From Botryllus schlosseri (Eukaryota), in contig CM119371.1 in NCBI GenBank assembly GCA_051294905.1, positions 16,308,001-16,372,000 on the forward strand: 64,000 nucleotides of DNA, given 5' to 3'. Below the pieces are notes generated by a model. The model ran no database searches. It had not been told where the DNA came from and saw only the letters and a list, made by a program, of their open reading frames with translations. Shown piece after piece: positions 12,001 through 27,000 of this stretch (within the stretch, counting starts at the first letter, position 1; each line of letters opens with the position of its first letter). The translations under genes and the position numbers were made by a program.

Positions 12001-15000
12001 TAAAGGCATCAGTAGGGCGGAGCTTGGAACGGAGCTGGATTGGATATCTGGCCGGATTTTTTTTTCATTTTTGACCGGAGCCGGATCAGTACTTTTTCTG
12101 ATACGGCTGGAGTCGGATCGAAGCCGGATCAGTGCCATTACCTAAGAATACGAGAGCCTTACATTTTCCCACCCTCCAATCAATAGCACTGGACTACACG
12201 ATTTTTGCGCCAGGACTTCTATGGGTCAATTATACCTAAGTTGGGGGCGCTGAATACGAATCTGACGTTCTTTATACTATGTCCCATCACGTTTTTGAGG
12301 TATTATATATGTTAAATATTTCTACTTTTTCGATGTACTCAAGTAGATTTTAGATACTTGCAGTACTTACTAAAGTGGTAAAGTTTTACAACTACTTCAT
12401 CTGGACGAACTAATTTGGTTTTTGTAAAGTAGAAAGTAGTTCAGGGATATTATTGCACCACTATCATGAGTGAAATTTTAATAAGAAACCCATTAAATAG
12501 CCTCCGAATGACGGTAACTGAATATATTTTTTCGAATATTCTACCGACAAGTGGTGTCATTATAGCCTAGTCATTTTGCGTTAGCTGCGCCTATACATCT
12601 TGTGATTTCGTATGTAGCCACTTCCGACTAACTGTTGAATATATATGCGGCCAAATATACCTAAATATTTGATGAATTTTAGTAATTCTTAGACCTTTCA
12701 TTTCGTCTTCTACTTAAAATAGTTTTCACATGTCTGGGAAATTACTACTTCTACTTGTAATTGAGTAGAAATGTAAGGCGTTACTTGTCATACTTGAGTA
12801 GCAACGAGACTAACTCTAGTTTATAGTAAAATATTACGGCATATCAGAATCCGCAAAAAATGTAAAGCTTTTTGTATTTAGAACTGGCGTTTAGCCATGC
12901 AAAACACTAACAAAAAACCTCAAAATCATCTAAAAACATCACTAGAAATTACCCAATGCTCATCTCTGGGTCTGTTCCATCATAGAACACATGGTATTTT
13001 GTGTAGGTCACAGAATGTCCTATGTCGAGATGGATCGACTGTCCTAGAACCGATGCCTATTTAATTCTATTGTAAAGTAGGCCTAACAGGCACTTTGGGT
13101 TTCGTGTTGAGCTGTTAATAAGCAGTATCCATTCATCTAGTTGCCCATAATAGTCAATGCAAATGAAGCCATTTACATATATCATGGTAATAAACCAAAA
13201 GAAAAACAGTTCAGAAACTGCTTTTCTCGATTCCGATAAAATTTTACAGTATATGAAAACTGGAGAAGAATTAGCATGCTAAGTACAGGCGGAAATTAAT
13301 GATGATAAATTCTTTCAATTTATCATGATACTCACTATTTTCTATAGAAAAGCAGACATCCTGTTTCTTGTACTCTTTCAAAACAAGCATAAAGGACAAC
13401 ATACTTGGGTCATGTACCAGAGTCAACAATGCTCTTCTACATAATATACCAAGAATACAATCTTTATTCTTTGCAAAGTTTTACGTTTTACGAAACAGCA
13501 GTAAGCTATCATAAAATGCATTGACCGACTAAGTCTACAGGACAGATGTATAAAGATAGATAACGTGGGGAAGTAAATTTGGTACGGAGTTTTTAATCAC
13601 AATATTTAAACGAAGAATGGTATATATAGATGATAAATGCTACCGACTCAAAATAGTTGCATCCACATATAAATTTATGGGTCGAAAGGAGGTCCTGATC
13701 GAAGAAAGACGGAGTACCACTGGATTCAAGTTCACCGAAACACAGTTATGCTGTTCTACAACAACACAGGTTTTATCAATATAGATAATTTCAATAACAA
13801 TATTTGATTTGTTGATGTGTCGCTCACCGCAATGTCACTAACGAAAGTCGAAATTTCATTAATTTATGAAAATGAGAAATATACATACCGAAAAAAATCT
13901 GACGTGATAGAGAAATTCTTAGCACAGAATCGGATTCAGCAATCTAATATTAGCCTAAATCAATCATAAAGTTAGCTTATCCCGGAGAATGTTTGTCTGA
14001 TAAAAATAGGTTAATCGCGGCAACCTACTTCGCTGGATTAAATTGTCCGGTATACGATATGAGATCATGCTAGCGCAAAATCCTATCCAACTTTATGAAC
14101 CAAGATTATCAGTGTTATTCAGACGAATGGCATTCTGCCGGCTAAGCTACCTTCTTGATCTTGCTAGGCGCTAAATCTCGATTGGTCATATCCCAGCTAC
14201 GTAGCTTGTAGTTCAAACCTACGCGCGTTAGTGGAAATGGCATTTCTGTGGTGACCTGGTCAAAGAACAGCCTTGTCACAAAGTGCAATGACATAGGCAT
14301 CGTCGGAAAATACCGAATCATAGGCCTATTTAGTTTGGAGCGGAATAGGCATTATCTTCTTTGTGGTCGCACAACATGTAAATATTTGAATTTTTCGCGC
14401 CTTTCATATTAAAATGACGTCATTATGAGCGATACGTGAATGTTCGTCTCACACGAAGCCTAATACTCCATTCACAATCGCATCATTCAGGTAGTCGATT
14501 TTCCCCAGACGTACTGGAGATACGCACAATGATTATAGTAATTCGAGAATTTATTGTAATGATATGCGTCGAGTAATGGGGATATTTTTTTTCGGTTTCT
14601 GAAATTACATACGCTCTGCTACCAAGAATTATTTCACCCAAATGCGATCATTGGCAACGTGCTACTTTCTCGAAATAGTCAAACGGTTTTTGCCTACATG
14701 CAATACCACTTAAGTGGCAATGATTTTAAACTACTTCTACTTCTAGTACACCACTGATTCTAAACCGGCGATCCGCGAAGCATTTTCATGGGGTCCGCGA
14801 GACCTCCAAATGTGCATAATGATTGATAGCCTAATATTTATTTTGATCAATTAGATAAATCACAAGGTAAACTCTCTTTATTATTGCCAAAACCTCAGAG
14901 CTCACATAGAAAAATGGATGTCTGAGATGAAATATCCGAATGTGCACAGTCATTTTAATTATCAAATTGACGATAGTCTGATGATACAGACATATTGCCA

Positions 15001-18000
15001 GATGTTTTGTCGGGGTTTGCGAAAAAACAAAAAGTAAAAGTCAATCAGTGTGACTTCGAAATGTCTACAAGTTGTCAGTCTCAGCCAATTAGTTAACAGT
15101 CGCTAGAAATGGAAATTTCGGATCCATTTTATTCTGTAATATACATGACCACTATTCAACAATAACTTCAAGATGAGCTGCTACATAGAAAGGGCTAGGC
15201 TGGACGTTCATTAACACTAGAACGATCAAGTGGCTTTTTTGACGCATTTTCATTTTTGAAGAGCTGGCATTCAGTCACATCTTACGCTGTTCGGCTGAAA
15301 CTTCTTGTCTTTTATTTATTTTATGTAGGCCACCTTATCCATGATTTTCATCACTCATCTAGTACAAATAAAAAAGTTATACACAGAACTACCTAGAACT
15401 ACCGAGTGGCTTTTTTGACGCATTACACTTTTTCTACCTTCAGGCATCGCAGTTTCATATTCTTGAAAGTGGTTTTGTATCTGATAAACGCAGAAAAGCC
15501 GTTTGTAACAACAGAACTTTGTTAATATCGACTCGGTCTAACTGTGTTAGCAACAACATCCCATGTAATAGAAGGCCCTGGATCTTCCTCGTTCTAAGTC
15601 ACCAAAGCTCTGTAATATTATATTTCTGAAGCTCAGCGTGTTACAGGACATGAAATTTGAAATGTACCATTAGATCAAGCCGACATCTGTATTGTCCATA
15701 CTAATATACTAGGGTTGTACAAGGGCAAAGGGTCTTTGCTCCGGTCTACGAGATGGATCTTCGGGGGGAGAGTGAGCTGAATCTAGTGAATTGAATGCAT
15801 ATGAGGACTGAGGGCATGGGTGCATTATGTTTAGTCAGGCCCTCTCGAAGAACAGATTTATGGAAGTCATGATCTTTCCATTGACATAAGGAGTAACAAA
15901 AGGTGTGGATTCGATAAAGATAATATGGTTTTCGTTCATTACATGGTCGAAATGCCAGCAAATAATTGGGGTAAAATGTCAGATGGTGGACGCTGCTGCT
16001 ACCAAGTATCTGTACAAGGGCGTCTCATATTTAGGCAAGGATAGGACAGGACACCTCTTCCATAATCTATACATTTGCCAAGCATAGTAATGTGAAGAGT
16101 CTGATGTAATCCATCTCGAAACAATGTTACGTGAATGTGGCTGTATACGCTTGGAGAAGCAAACGAAGTCCTAGTTGACACTATTGTCAAAAGTTGCTTG
16201 AAGCTACCCAGGACCAGAAGGAACACAGGCAGCTTCATGTAGCCACACTTTTCAAAGCTATCAACTTGTTGATAAGCGTAACGGCGAGATGCCAGTGTAG
16301 AGATCGAATTTGTACACATATATATTGAGTTCACTGCAACCTGAGGTAACTGTTTCCTTCAGAAACAACACAAACAAGAAACCAGTGACGGTTAAATGTT
16401 ATAACGAAACAAAACCAGGGGGATATTATTGGTCAGGTTGCAAGGCAGTAATCTATGAGGGTACCAACAAGTCGACGATGGTCCGTGCATGTTTTCTTAG
16501 AATGTGAATGATCGTCTACTTGCCAAAATGCCGATACTCTAAAAATATGCAAATCGAGGATTAGTTGCAAAATTGAATTATGCAAATCTTATCTGATAAG
16601 CTTTATGATATGTCAGCAATAACCAACAATGATGATGTGGCTAAGGCCGATCTGGAACCTACTCTAAATTTTTAAAGAACGTGCTCAAATACCAAATGCG
16701 CACCAGAGCAACACTTATATGTTACACCAAAAAACGGCGATTTGTTTTATAAGTGTTGACCTAAGGTGTATGTAAAATATTGCAAGTAGCTGTAAGCGCA
16801 ATAAACAATGGTTTTTGATGCCGTTTGTTGAGATTTGTGCTGATTTTTAGCTCCGGTAAATGCATTTAATCGAAGTAGATTCAACATGCGTCAAAAAAGC
16901 CACATGGTAGTTCTAGGTAGTTCGAAGTTCCGGTAGTTCTAGTGTTAACGAATCTGGTGCCTTGTGGTATCGTCGGAAGCGTCACGGGTTAAAATATTAC
17001 ATTCGCAACCAGCTATCTTGGAGGAAATGGATTTTCAGAACTCGTTCATATCAAATCAAAGACGCGGATTTTCGAGACACGACCATTATAATAATACAAT
17101 AAATGCACCTGCAAAATTTGCCTTGATCATAATTGATTCTACGTGTAGTGAAAAACAAATTGGTCGTTTCCTGGCAAGTCGAGTGGTTAAAAAACTAATG
17201 AATGGTACGCAATGATGAAAGATTGAGAAACACTGCTAGATATTTGAAAAAGTTTGAGAAGCACAACTAGATCCTTTAATTTTCTACTTATCCATCGAGA
17301 AGTCTTGTCATGACTTATAAAGCATAATTTTTACTTGTAATTAAGTACAAATTTACAGCGTTGCTTCGTTTCTACCCGAGTACCAGCGATGACTACTTCG
17401 ACAATCTCTGCTATCAGGCAACCAGATTTGCTTTGAAAGGCGAATCACGATGATAGCGGCATATATGTTACGTGCGGGTACTAACCACCACACAACTTGT
17501 TGTCTTTAGTTGCACATCCCGTAGTTTGGCATTGGCAATGTGTGCCGTTATATCCGTTGGCGCAAACGCATTTTCCGCAATCACATTGTCCGTGGTCCCT
17601 GGAATATTATAAAAGAAATTGGCGGGTAAAAATGAAAGTAGGATGTGGTAGCGTAATATCCCTATGCGTGCTACGCAACAAATACAGGAAGGAAATATAA
17701 GTGTAAACTACAGGCCAAGTTGCAAATTAGACCATTGGTACGTTCTTTTATCGAATTTCGGTTTTCCAATAGGTGTGGGGGCGGGCAATTTCTCGAGTCG
17801 GCGGGCATCATATAAGGAATGAAGAACTTAACCAACCGGATTCCTCTGTCGATACATTAATCGCGTATTTACCCACCTATACAAGAAATAAATCGTATTC
17901 AGTGTAAACTTAAGTTCAAAGCATAGAGGCCAAAAACAGTAGTTATTGTATTTATTAACGTATTGTCCATAGCTATTGTAGTCAATGAGACATCTGTGGT

Positions 18001-21000
18001 CGGCCAAAGTTGTCAACAAGTTAATTGAACTCTGTCTGCATGTCGGACGTAGAAACCCTTAGTAAACACTGCATCAGTGAGCATCAGTTCGATTGGAATC
18101 TGGCTTTGTCTTGTTAATGTTCATGGTTGGAAATTATTGCTTACGAATTTATGTAGACCCGAACAGACACTATAATTTGACATGGCATGGACGTCGTGGT
18201 GGATTGGGGCATCATCATGTAAGGCAGGAAAGTGTATGCGGACCGCTCAAAATCCCATCGCGGGCCGTATGTTAACCGCGCCAATGATGTAAACTATGAA
18301 ATACACCAAGCCTTATGATATCCCAGCGGTGGAGCGGACCCTGTTCACAGTGGCGGCTCGTCCTATAGGGCAACTGGGGCATTGCCCCACCTAAAATTCT
18401 GTTCAATAACAATTTAACCATTTATAGACGCACAGCAATCAATATATACCGAGATCACAGCGAAACCCGCGTTCTTCTTGTGCTTTCGCTTGCAAACGCC
18501 CATACATAGCGAAGTCTCTGCGAAAATCGAATTCTCTTCTGTGTTTTCGCTTTGTGAATGCCTAGCCTAGCGCTCATAACAAGCTTTCACTATCTATTCT
18601 CTCAAAGCCGCGCACAATAACGAAACGGTGATTTACTCTCTCCTATTCGTAAAATGGCCGAGCAACCGGGGCAAATATGCCTACTCGCCCCTAAGGTGTG
18701 ATGTAACAATCGTATCTATATCTGAACTCGGTTACCGTAATATGCGTTGAGTCGACCTTTGCTGGAATAGGTCGATTTTGACGGTGTTTCGCACCATGAT
18801 AATTCTTGAAACTTGGTATGATATGTCGTGAAGGTAGTATTTAACACTGCTCCAAGTTTTAGGCTTGCTACTTAAAGATAATGGTAGTAATTCCGTTTCC
18901 GAAGTTCAGTGTGTGCTGATCTATCATGTACATAGTACAGCAAACGGATTTTACTCAAAAGCCGGTATTGGTCTCCATTGATTTTGACGATGTTCTATAC
19001 CGAGATCGGTCATGACATTTGGCACGGTAAGTGTTAGTATCGACCGATGTAACAAGTTTTAAGTTTGTCACTGAACTATGTGGGTGGTAATTTCGTTTCC
19101 AAAGTCGAGTAAGAGCTGACTCTTCATTTATCGCCAACAAATTTACGCAAAAGCCGTTATTGGTCTCTATTGATTTTAACGATGTTCCATACCTAGATCT
19201 GTCATGAGCTTTCACACGGTATGTCTTGATTTTAGTATCGAACGCGGTGCCAAGTCTTAAAGTTGACACTCAATGATTGAGGCAGTCATTTCGTTTTCGA
19301 GGTCGAGTATGGTAGAGATGCGCGCTGATCTGATACTTAGCCTACCTATACGTCATTGCGGATCTCACGCAAAAGCCGGTGTCGGTCTGTGCTCAGGGCC
19401 GTAACAGCACTTCGTCAGGCCCCCCCAAAACGTTGGCCGTGGGCCCCCCATAGGGTGATAAACCTAACCCCAGACCCCCCTTTGGCTGTCCGCTTTTTGA
19501 CGCTATTTCCCATCTGCATTGGGGGACCGTTTGGTGAATCAGCTTTTCCCGCCTAGACGCGCGAAGCGCGAAAAATTTCAGTAAATCATGATTGAATCAG
19601 GCAATATCATCGGGAATTACATATATATTGCTATCAATTTTGATCCTCTTCCTGCTCACGTAATCAGATTTACCGGTAGAGCTGAGCGAGGTATGTTTTA
19701 AAACGTAGGACCGCCCAATAATAATTAGACAACTTCGGGCGTATACCCATTGGCAGGAACGAAACAGCACTTCGTCAGCCTCGCCCCCCCACAAAAACTT
19801 GGGTTTGGGGGTCTCATAGGGTGATAAACCGACCCCCTCATCACAGTGTTCGCTTTTGCCACGAAATTAGCTGCACTGCTTAGTGAGCCAGCTCGAAGCG
19901 CGAAAATTTTCGATAATTCATGATACAATCGGTCAATAAGATCGGGAATTGCTAATATATTGCTATCAATATCTTGTCCTCTCTGGTCACGTTATCAGAT
20001 TTACCTGAAACTGTAGGGCCCGTTAATAATAATTAAACATCTTCGGACGGACCCGTTGGTATGACTTCGTTACATGATTTTATTTCGTGATCTCCTGTCT
20101 GCTATATCAAAAATATAGAATCGCTCAAACGTACTAAACTAAAAGACGCACACGATTTCAAATTGGTATTTCTTCACAGGCATATATTTTTTTCCTGCTG
20201 GATGGTATTTGTCTTCTGAGGTTCAGATTGCCAAGACAGGAAGCAACATATGGCGCCAGTCATTTAGGCGCCTATGGACAATTAAACCTATTATTTTGTA
20301 TATATAACGAAGTTTTCGGTCTGCGTAAGGGCAGTCTGTTTCGGCCAAGCTTTTCGTGCTGCCGATCGTTCTGGCACACTTCTTGGAGTCGCATGTAATA
20401 AGTCCTAAATCGTTATATATCTTGGTGCGTAGTGGCGTATTAATGGCCAACGCCGATATGTCCATTTCTATCAATCTTGCGTGTTTTTTTCTTATGGGAA
20501 GAGTACCAAATAATCAAGATATTTGGCAACTTTAAATCGCGCGCAGCGCGAAAAATTTTGGAAAATATTGCGTAAATTTTCAAAAAATACTCTATAATTT
20601 ATGCTAATTCACGAAATAATTTGGGGCCCCCTTCGAGCTCGGGCCCCCCCCAATTGGGGGGTTTGGGGTGCGGCAGTTACGGTGCTGTCTGTGCTAATCT
20701 ATAGTCTGCGTTCCATAACGAGATCGGTGATGATATTTCCAATGGTATATCTCGATGATCGCATGAAACAGCTAACCAAGATTCTCGGTTTGCATTCAAG
20801 TATTCGCATAATTTTATGTTCGCCAATGTCCATTTCACTGTGAAATTGTGGCCTTCAAACCATTTGCTTACAATCCCCTGTCAATTGCGATAGCTATTTC
20901 ATTTTCGATGTCGGCTAACAGCTGATCATTCGATCAGCCTATTCCTCGATCTATTTTACTCAAAGTTCGGTGTTCGTCTGTTTGCATTGATTTTGACAGT

Positions 21001-24000
21001 GTACCATACCGGAATGGGTTATGAGATTACGTATGCTACTTCTCGATGATTTCTTGTAACAGTATACTAAGTTACGGCTTTTATTCATGTATTTATATAT
21101 TAATATATTTTCCAACGGCGATTTCGCAGCAGACTTATAGACAGTGAGCCGTATGTGTTGTGTCACAGTCTCCAGTTTCAAGGCCAAAATGTCCTACGTT
21201 GTTCCGAGACCGAAGTTCCGAGGCTGCTGTCCTTAGTTCTTCAAAGACCATTCAAATTGATGTTCTGGATTCAATATGACAGGCCCAATCTATGAGATAA
21301 CAATTGCGTATGTGTCCGAACTCGTTGACCTTTCCAGTTAGTCTTACGCAATCTCTCGAGTTCTAGTCATTGGAATTAGTCAGGTCAAGTCAAGTGCGAA
21401 CATGAATCGTATTGAATCTTTATTCCGTACGTAGTTTACGCAGTTGCCTTTAGAGCGAAAATGAGAGGTCTAGAAGTTGTCCAGTCTATTGATCCAATCG
21501 TACGCCGGGTGCCTCCGCTTTGGTTGCCTATTATCACCTGGTCGTAACCAGAGATGGCCACAGTCCGGTTCAGGAGCAGGAGCAGGATTTCAATGTTTTT
21601 TTACCTGGCCGGACTGGATCCGGATTTCGAATTTGGGGTGACGGTCGGATTTTAGGGTCTATCGATTTGCGTAATCTATAACTCTACCATGAAATCAAAA
21701 CGCATGCTACTAAGGATGACCTGATACTTGATTCGTGGCATAGAGACGATTCTTAGTTCACGTACATTTTGTAAAATAATCCTTTGATTAAAAATAAATG
21801 AATAAAACATTTGTTACCACACTTCAAGTCACGGCTCACCGGCAAACCTCTCGCGGCACCTACGTTAAAATCACTGTTGTCGGGAAATTCATGTGACCAT
21901 CATAAAGTTACTTTTTTACGTTGGAAAACGCCATTGTGACGTCATGTTGATAAAAGTCGCTCGCAGCCCTTGCCCCACCACCCGATATTGTCACGAGCCG
22001 CCACTGCCTGTTCACGTGTAACACCTCTACAGAGCGACATTAGGTGGCGCGAGTATATAGAACCAACTGCATCTCTGGGATATATCATCATAATCCTGGC
22101 AACCTATACCTCGCTGGATTAAAAGTTTACCAGAATTCTCAGGAAATTCCTCTCGCGAAATCTTATTCAACTTTATGCGCCACGATCAACCGTTTTAAAT
22201 AGACCAGTGTCTCCCAAACTTTTTTGAGCTAACGCCCCCCTGGACAACGAATGAAGTGCCACCGCCCCCCGACACCCCCTCTCACCACGCCTGATCATAA
22301 AACGCAAGTTGTTATGCATTTAATACAGCTAATATTGAGACGAATGAAGCTGGTGTATCATTATCATCACTCTCTTCATATTGGGTTTGAGTTTTGATAT
22401 GAACAATATCACTCTAAAATCTTCCGTGTTCACTTCATGGAGGCCTACTGGCAGTTGGTTTCTGCTGTAAGTCAGGAACGTGATCACGACGATGAGAAAA
22501 TGCTCAATCAAATATGAGCGGCGAAGGGCAATGACGAAAAAGCCAACTCGACTCCAGTGAGAGGGTTTATTTTTTATTCAATTGTGTATCCAGAACGATT
22601 GATTGGAGATATTGAACTTTTGGTTGAACTCAAAATTGTTCTACACTACAACTAGGGTTACCATATTTTAGGAATCTGAAAAGAGGACGCTATTTCAAAC
22701 TTTCAGACTTACAATACTGATTTAAAATTCGGAAAAATGGTAAATTTTTCCGAGTTAGCGGCTGGTTGACTAAAAAAATGATTTTTTCTGGCTCACGTCC
22801 TAAAAAATCTGCCAGACCGTGCGTTGATTTCCTTTATATGAGTCCAATTACCACGTATATTTAACCAACATTTGTAAAAAATAGGACACATTCTCAACAA
22901 AGAGCACATTTAGACGTCCTCCGAGGACACAAAAAAGAGGACAAATCCTCTTAAAAAAGGACGTATGGTAACCCTATAACTACAATGTAAACAGCTGCTC
23001 AAACATTTCATGCCTGGAAACTACACAGAATGGATTGATTATCCGGTGAGTAATTTCTAATTGGAATATATCCTTGAACCAAATCACCACCCTCGTGTAA
23101 TTTTGTGAGATGAATGATTCATGTTTCTCCATCAAATTAGGCATGAGAGCTGGAACGGTAGCTCAAAGCAGTGCCATGTTCACCTTTATCAGATTTCATC
23201 TTTACTAAGAACGGATATATTCTACCCTTAAATTTTGAGAAATACAACCGTCAAGTATGAGTGATCTCGTTTCTCGCAACCAGAACGCCGTGTCGTAGGC
23301 CACGGTGACAGCGCTATGGAAAATAAACGATCGTTTGAAACAGATAATAAATTCACACAAGACAGTTTCTCTTAAAAAGCCATCACATCTTGCAGTGAGC
23401 AATAACTGCTCAAAAATACTTTGTAGTTCTCACAGCAGCACACAAGGAACCTCGCTTTTCGGAGATGCTGCCGACTGCCAAATTAGTCTATTGATGAACA
23501 GGAATAACATTGGCAAGTAACAATGGACTTTTCCGGCACAGCTGAATAAATAGACGGACGACCCTGAATTGCCCTTACTGAATCTATTTTGCATTTTTCC
23601 TGATAACCTAGCTGCTTTATTAATCAATCGTTTCAACACTATACGCAGCAGTTGCCTTCTAAACCTACATCGCCTGCATTTGCTCTCAGCGCCCCCTTAC
23701 CGCCCAATTTTTTAGCCAGCGCCCCCCAATCGCCCATTTCATGGCCAGCGCCCCCTTCACGCTGGCGAACGCCCCCAGGGGGGCGCTGGCGCCCACTTTG
23801 GGAACCACTGAAATAGACGATGAGCATCTTCTCGAATATGCCAACTTTATCATCTCCGCCCTAAAATAGACCTCGAGCCAAGCCGAGTATTTGAGTATGA
23901 CTCATTACGACGTCATAATAGTAAGGAAGATGTGAAAAGTTCAAATATATATCATTTGTGCCACAGGTCGGGAACCTTTTTCGTCCGAAGAGTCATATTG

Positions 24001-27000
24001 GACCGTTTTAACATTTTAACTCATAAAGAGCCATATATGTCAATCAACTGTTACGTCACCATTGAAAATTCGTGATGTCATTGTAGCACTTATTCGAACT
24101 CACTGCTGTGATACGACCAATCGAGGTGGAAATGATGTAGAAACTGTTATTTTCGATGATTAATTAACTCTCAGTGGCAAGAATCGCATGATTTCAGTAT
24201 TCTATAGTATCATGTTTCACTACTATAGGCTCGAATCATTAGAATTAACACTCGATTTAGATTCGACTACTCGAATCATTGTGCTCAGCGCCATTATACG
24301 ATTTGTATATAAAAAAGGCAAGAACGCAAGTGTATCGTGCTACAAGTCGGCAACTCGAGAATATTTCTAAAAAATATCGGCCCGTAGTAAATTGAACAAT
24401 GCATAGTCGCAGCCATACTTGGACAACTAGATAATTGCAGTTGTCTAACTGAACTAATTAGAGCGAAAGTAATTTGCGAAACGTTGACATGCTCTTATTT
24501 TGATTCTTATCTGATTTCGGCATTTCCTGAAAATGCTACAGGACAACTGTATAGTGCAAAGTGGGCCACGGTAGGACTGCAAGAGATACTGCAAGCAGCC
24601 AAGCGAAAAAGCAGAATCATAAGAAGACCAAACGAAAGAATTCTCGCAACAGAATCGATGGCGAATCTACTGAAACTAACGTTGATTTATGTAAATGAAT
24701 TATCAAATAGAACACCACATCTGGAACAATATATACAGACCTACAAATGGCTATCGACTCTAAACCCAACGAAATCATGCGCAACGTATACGACAGACAA
24801 CAAGCTCCGACAATAATGAAAGGGAAAGCCATCCGATAGTGCGCGATAAATTGTATTTATCGACCCACATACCCCAACCATTTCAACCACAACCTATCCC
24901 AAGCATACTAACCTCCCATCCCATCCCATATTCCCAACCCTTCCCCGACCCATATCACTCCGCCACCAATACCCACCAAAATTATCCACCAACCATCATA
25001 AACGATAAAACTACGACTGCGAAGACTTAATATGAACAATACACGCATACGAACGCCAATTAGCGGCGGCTTCTACTACGACTTCAACTACAAATTCACC
25101 TTCGACAACGGCTGCGATGAGATTACCTGATGATCGGGACGAATCTAACCGAAAGAATTGCATTTATGAAATTATTGCTATTTCATGTATACATAATTGA
25201 ATAAAAATCACAAAACAGTAGGACTACGGACATTTGGCATCGTCATGCTTATGAGAATGAAGTTTGGTTTGATACGAACTGTACTTAATTTTGGATAGAT
25301 ATCTTTCCAATTGGGATTTCAACTAGAATTCTAAGTTTTAACGAATTTAGTTATTCAAATTTGAGTAGCCACAGTTTAGTTCTAATCCAACTCAGATAAG
25401 TTGCAAATTTTCGAGTTGTCTAATATGGTCGCAATACCTTGAATGCCAAAAGAACTACATATAATAGGCAAATCTAATTACAGTGGCAGGCAGATTCCGT
25501 ACCAAGTCTTATTTTACTTTCACTCACTCGCACTGCTGCCCGTTTCCACCCTGCATTAAGCAAAGGGCATCGTTCACTGTTGATGAATCGCATTGACAAT
25601 TCAAGCCTTGCCAGCCTGCCTCGCACTCGCATATACCGCACGTCAGATTGCCTTGGTTACTGCACAGCGTGCTGTTGGCGGCTTGGCCCGGGCAGTTGCA
25701 ATCGCATATGTATTCTGAGATCGTAAAACAGATAGGCTATTATTCGGATCTGATCAAAGCAATATTTGCTGGTAACAGACGTGGTCTAGTCAATTAGAAG
25801 TAGCAGTACGGTCGTAAACGGCTACTCCAGTACAAGTAGCGGTAATCAAGGAAATAGAGTGGAAGTAAAAATAGAAATGAAATTAGGTTGTAAATTCTTA
25901 CTCAAAGGCACAGGTATGAGTAGCGTTTCAAAGTGAATAAAAGTGAGTGTTCCAGGACTAGTATTGACCAAAAAGTTCAATGCTGTTAAGTGGGATCGAA
26001 AGTAGTCCACATATTTTCCCCCTGTGTCATTAAAACCTTCTTGAGTAGTCTCGTAAAGTAGAAGTAGGATACTCTGTCATTAGCTATTTCTGTTTAGTGC
26101 TCAAATACACTGTGGGACCCCCGCGCACCCCACATTTTTAGTTCAAATTTAGCACCATTATCGTGCACCGTGTCAGCTATATTATGGAAATATTAACTGT
26201 TGGCTAGAGATGAGCAACAACAAAATGACTTTTCTTGAAAATAACACCTCACTATTTATGTATAAATTAGGAAGACTTATTATTTCCAAGCGAATTCTTT
26301 AGTTGTATCTCGTGTAACACGTCGCCGTGTCATGAAAATACGCGCCGTCGATTTGATATGAACGAGTGTTGAAAATCCATTTCCACATAGTTTGGTGGTG
26401 GTGCATGTAATAGTAACACGTAACGCTTCCGACGACATCTTTGCATAAGATCGCAACACAGTACCAAATAACATCCAGCCTAAGAATTTCTATCTAGCAG
26501 CTCATCTTGCAGTTTTTCTGGAATAGCTAATATGTATATCACATGAGAAATTGGATTTCCGCAAAGAAAGTTTTTCGAAAACTCCAACAGAAAATCTCTA
26601 AACAGCTATGTTTGTATCAGTAGGCTATTGTCAATTTGGCAATTAAAATGACTTAGTGACAGGAGAATATTTCATCTCCGACGGTCATTATGTTAATACG
26701 AGCCTTGAAGTTTTAGTAATGAAGCGAAAGTGTTTCGTGATTTCTCTAATTTAAAACATAATACAAATCGGGCTTCTAACCATTTTGCAAATTTGGCGGA
26801 TTCGCGTGCCTCTGTAGATAAGCCATGCGGTAGTTACAGTATTGGCAGGTATGCAATTTGTTACCGGCGTAACGAGCCTGCAGCGCATAGTTGTAACGGT
26901 TGAAGTGGAAGTAGTAAAGGTCTTAAAACGCAACCAGAAAGTAGTGGAAGAAGGAAAAATCCCAGGAAGTAATTCGAAAAATAGTCGCGCTCAGTCACCC

